IMG/VR virus record: IMGVR_UViG_2588253758_000006 | DNA from: a virus | Taxonomy: Duplodnaviria > Caudoviricetes | Direction: 5' to 3' (one strand) | DNA: 64,000 nucleotides | In this document: one piece after another, positions 60,826-64,000 of the stretch | How positions within the stretch are numbered: position 1 is the stretch's first letter | Layout: each line of letters begins with the position of its first letter | Translations under genes and position numbers: made by a program | Notes under the pieces: generated by a model | The model's input: the letters and a program-made list of their open reading frames with translations, nothing else | Databases searched by the model: none | What the model was told of the DNA's origin: nothing

Positions 60826-61266
60826 ATGACACAAAACAAAGGGGGACGAATCCCCAAAAACGACAAAGCAACGCATCGTGTGGCAGTGCGATTTAACAGT
60901 GTGGAGAACGCTCGTTTTCTGACGATGTATGAACTTTCTGGCGTGCAGAGCAAGGCTGCTTTTATCAAGGCTCGTGTCTTTGGCGACACATTTCGGGTGA
61001 TAAAAGTAGACCGTTCGCAGCTCGATTATTACCAGAAATTATCGGCATTTTATGCTCAATTTCGAGCCACTGGGGTCAATTACAATCAGGTGGTGGTGGC
61101 TCTTCGCTCCAATTTCACGGAGAAAAAGGCAATGGCGATGCTTCACAAACTCGAACAGCACACCCAAGAGTTAGTATCTCTCAACCGTCGGATCATCGAC
61201 CTGACCGAGGATTACAAGACTCGATTTTACGAAGGCTACAAACCGGTTGATGTTGTTGTGGAATAG
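60826..61266 (+). CDS. mobA: Bacteroides conjugative-transposon MobA
   Basis: GGRIPK, FLTMYELSGV.SKAAFIKARVF and QFRATGVNYNQVV motifs. Confidence 0.85.
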   Translation: MTQNKGGRIPKNDKATHRVAVRFNSVENARFLTMYELSGVQSKAAFIKARVFGDTFRVIKVDRSQLDYYQKLSAFYAQFRATGVNYNQVVVALRSNFTEKKAMAMLHKLEQHTQELVSLNRRIIDLTEDYKTRFYEGYKPVDVVVE

Positions 61267-61383
61267 AGCCTTGGTAATGAGTGTATAGCAGATACTTATA
61301 TTTAGTCTTGAACAGTAGGATTGTATTATTATATTTTATACTTTTGTATACAAAGACTTACTAAAAAGAAGGAGTACTTATAA

Positions 61384-61587
61384 ATGAATCGAATAAAAGA
61401 GGTATTGGAAGAGAGAGGAATTTCTCAGACATGGCTTGCAAAACAGCTCGGCAAGAGTTTCTGTATGGTGAATGGTTATGCCTGCAATCGTACTCAGCCG
61501 CCATTAGATGTACTGTACAAGATAGCCGAGATATTAGAAATAAGCCCGAAAGAGCTGCTGCAAGAACCCAAGAAACAGAAAAAATAA
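61384..61587 (+). CDS. XRE-family HTH regulator (controller-like)
   Basis: Paralogue of 44486-44683; directly upstream of an RM gene. Confidence 0.88.
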   Translation: MNRIKEVLEERGISQTWLAKQLGKSFCMVNGYACNRTQPPLDVLYKIAEILEISPKELLQEPKKQKK

Positions 61588-61606
61588 CATAGTCATAGAA
61601 TCTCAG

Positions 61607-64000
61607 ATGAAATTACATACAGCACTGCAACACGTAAAAAGTGAAGAGGACGTAAAGGATGCCTACATTAAGGCACTTGGATTAACGGAGTACTCCAAAA
61701 ATCTAATTGATATTCAAACCAAAGAGATATGGTTTGAAGCTAAGGATTCGGGTAAACACTCCACCTATGCGATGTTTACCCAGTTGTTGCATTACGTTCA
61801 GCAGGCTCTAAATAACGGAGAATATATACCTCCATTCCTTGCCGTGATTGACACACAGAAGGCTGCCATAATGAAAACGGCAGATGTTATTCCCTTTCTT
61901 GCTAAGAAGACCATCAAGTGGGGTAAGTCAGCGAGTAATTACACGCAAGAGGCTTTAGATGCGGTTTCGGCTCACATCGGAACTCACTTTGTGTCGTTTA
62001 AGATTGAGACGCACGAAGAAGAGTTCATCGAGACAATTAAGAATGCTATCAAGAATAAGGATATTATCCGCACGCAAATCACCCCCGACAACCTAAAGCA
62101 GGTCTTTGATAAGTGGGTCAAGATGGTGGGGCGCGAGATAAACGGAGTGTCGGAACAGGACTATGCTCTCCTGTTTTTTGCAGACATTATGCACGATGGC
62201 ACGGTGTCGACCCATCAAAATCTACCGGCTGAGCTGCTTCACAAGAATGATATGCCTTGCTTTCAATTGAGAGATAAAATATACGAGCTAAAAAGCAAGG
62301 AGGGCTATCGCCAATTCTGGGCAATCTATCACAAACCGCCTAAAGCCGAATACCGTAATTATCTGTTAGAGCGACGGGATTCGCTTATACCGCTTGATGA
62401 ACGGAGTTTCAAAGGGGCGTATTATACACCTCTTCACGTAGTGGATAGGGCTTACGATACGCTTGCCCAGACGCTGGGCAAAGATTGGCAGAAAGAGTAT
62501 TTAGTTTGGGATATGTGCTGTGGCGTAGGTAATTTGGAGGTAAAGCACAGCAATCCTCGCAATATATTTATGTCGACTTTGGACGAGGCGGATGTCAATG
62601 TGATGAAAGCGACCAAGACGTGTGTTGCGGCAGAGCGTTTTCAGTATGATTATCTGAACGATGATATTACCGCTGATGGTACGATAGACTATTCATTGAC
62701 CAACAAAGTTCCCGAAAGGTTGCGTAAGGCGATAGCAGACGGGCGAAAGATTTTGGTGCTGATAAATCCTCCGTACGGAGAAACTGGTTCAGGAATAGGC
62801 AAGGGCGACTTAAACAAAAAAGAAGTTGAGCAAACAAATATTAATGCTCTGATGAGGAGCAAAGAGTTGGGGTATGCAAGTAAAGAACTATTTGTTCAAT
62901 TTTTAGTGCGTATAGCACAAGAAATTCCCAATGCTACTTTAGCTATGTTTAGCACATTGAAATACGTGAATGCTCCAAATTTTGAAAAATTCAGACAAAT
63001 GTGGAATGCACATCATTTGGGAGGATTTATCGTTCATAGTAAAGCTTTTGATGGACTAAAAGGAGATTTTCCGATTGGATTCCTGGTTTGGAAAACAGAG
63101 CAAAATGCAAAGATAAAAAAACCTATTACTCAAATAACTTTAACCGTTTTAGATAAAAAAGCGGTTCCAATTGGCGAGAAGAATTTTTATAACATACCAA
63201 ACAGCCAATTTTTGAACATCTGGGTAGACAAACCCAAAACAAATAGTGAGTTAGCATTACCTCTATCAAATGCGGTAAAAGTGTCTGACAATCCACGTAT
63301 AAAAAAGAATTGCGATGGGGCGATTGGTTTTTTATATGCAAGTAATAATGACTTGCAGCATGCAGGTCAAGAAACATTAATTGCCTCGTCAATATATACA
63401 GGTGGCAATGGCGGTGGCTTGTATATTACCTCGGATAATTTAGATAAAGCTGCAATTGTTTTTTCAATGAGGCAATTAGTTACACATACATGGGTAAATC
63501 ACAACGACCAATTCTTGCAGCCATCAGGCATTTTGTCCGAAGAATTCAAAATTGATTGTATTGTGTGGATGATATTCCACGGGAAAAATTTAACTGCAAG
63601 TGCTAATGATTTGGAGTGGAACGGACGAAAATGGTCAATCGTAAACCATTTTATCCCATTCACGGAGAGTGAGGTGAATTCTCCTGAACGATTCGAGTCG
63701 GACTTTATGGCTCAATATCTTGCCGACAAGCAGCTGTCCAACGAGGCAGAAGCGGTGCTCAACGAGGGACGAAAACTATGGTGTACCTATTTTGAGCAGG
63801 ATATAAATAGCTCGCTCAGAGAAAAGTACAAACTCAACAGAGCAGACGTGGGCTGGTATCAAATCCGCAAAACGCTACAAGAGATTAACGAGCAAGGATT
63901 CGCTCGTGAAATTAGCTTCAAAGCCTTCGAAGTAGCCTATCAAGCCCTCACCGACAAACTCCTACCTCAGGTCTATGACCTCGGGTTTTTGAAAAAATAG
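61607..64000 (+). CDS. Type IIG-like single-chain restriction endonuclease / N6 methyltransferase
   Basis: ID...WFEAK...QLLHY nuclease motif; GAYYTP, WDMCCGVG, NPPY; 797 aa with stop at 64000. Confidence 0.85.
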   Translation: MKLHTALQHVKSEEDVKDAYIKALGLTEYSKNLIDIQTKEIWFEAKDSGKHSTYAMFTQLLHYVQQALNNGEYIPPFLAVIDTQKAAIMKTADVIPFLAKKTIKWGKSASNYTQEALDAVSAHIGTHFVSFKIETHEEEFIETIKNAIKNKDIIRTQITPDNLKQVFDKWVKMVGREINGVSEQDYALLFFADIMHDGTVSTHQNLPAELLHKNDMPCFQLRDKIYELKSKEGYRQFWAIYHKPPKAEYRNYLLERRDSLIPLDERSFKGAYYTPLHVVDRAYDTLAQTLGKDWQKEYLVWDMCCGVGNLEVKHSNPRNIFMSTLDEADVNVMKATKTCVAAERFQYDYLNDDITADGTIDYSLTNKVPERLRKAIADGRKILVLINPPYGETGSGIGKGDLNKKEVEQTNINALMRSKELGYASKELFVQFLVRIAQEIPNATLAMFSTLKYVNAPNFEKFRQMWNAHHLGGFIVHSKAFDGLKGDFPIGFLVWKTEQNAKIKKPITQITLTVLDKKAVPIGEKNFYNIPNSQFLNIWVDKPKTNSELALPLSNAVKVSDNPRIKKNCDGAIGFLYASNNDLQHAGQETLIASSIYTGGNGGGLYITSDNLDKAAIVFSMRQLVTHTWVNHNDQFLQPSGILSEEFKIDCIVWMIFHGKNLTASANDLEWNGRKWSIVNHFIPFTESEVNSPERFESDFMAQYLADKQLSNEAEAVLNEGRKLWCTYFEQDINSSLREKYKLNRADVGWYQIRKTLQEINEQGFAREISFKAFEVAYQALTDKLLPQVYDLGFLKK

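Larger units (their letters stand above)
55041..64000 (+). mobile_element. Degenerate CTn-like integrative element (extends beyond window)
   Basis: Integrase, RhuM-like gene, HTH pair, oriT and mobA, with restriction/TA cargo. Confidence 0.7.

Overview
Bacteroidales-type accessory DNA (inferred from TAnnTTTG promoter motifs and NBU/CTn-like gene content) with no housekeeping genes. It is a mosaic of integrated elements. (i) 1-11018: phage/ICE-like co-oriented operon with a DarB-like methylase-helicase, a DUF4116-like repeat protein and a small tyrosine recombinase. (ii) About 12.4-19.06 kb: integrase plus two excisionase-like HTH genes next to a tRNA-Asp 3'-end att fragment. (iii) 19.2-27.4 kb: a stack of nested IS elements. 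(iv) 23.6-36.1 kb: decayed primase-helicase/RteC/AbiE element. (v) 36097-55040: apparently intact 19-kb NBU2-like mobilizable element bounded by a 13-bp tRNA-Ser 3'-end repeat. It carries a six-gene defence operon: XRE, half-methylase, GIY-YIG/helicase/methylase, DUF262, ABC ATPase and a YoeB-domain effector. (vi) 55041-64000: a further integrase element with Mrr, an AbiEii-like TA pair, mobA and a Type IIG-like RM enzyme. Eleven IS copies of six families (IS256 x3, IS3 x2, IS1634 x2, IS4 x2, IS630, IS1), an IS3 end fragment and a 333-bp MITE all lie left of 34.2 kb. Target-site duplications allow most disrupted genes to be rebuilt. Family assignments come from motif recognition by eye, not database searches.
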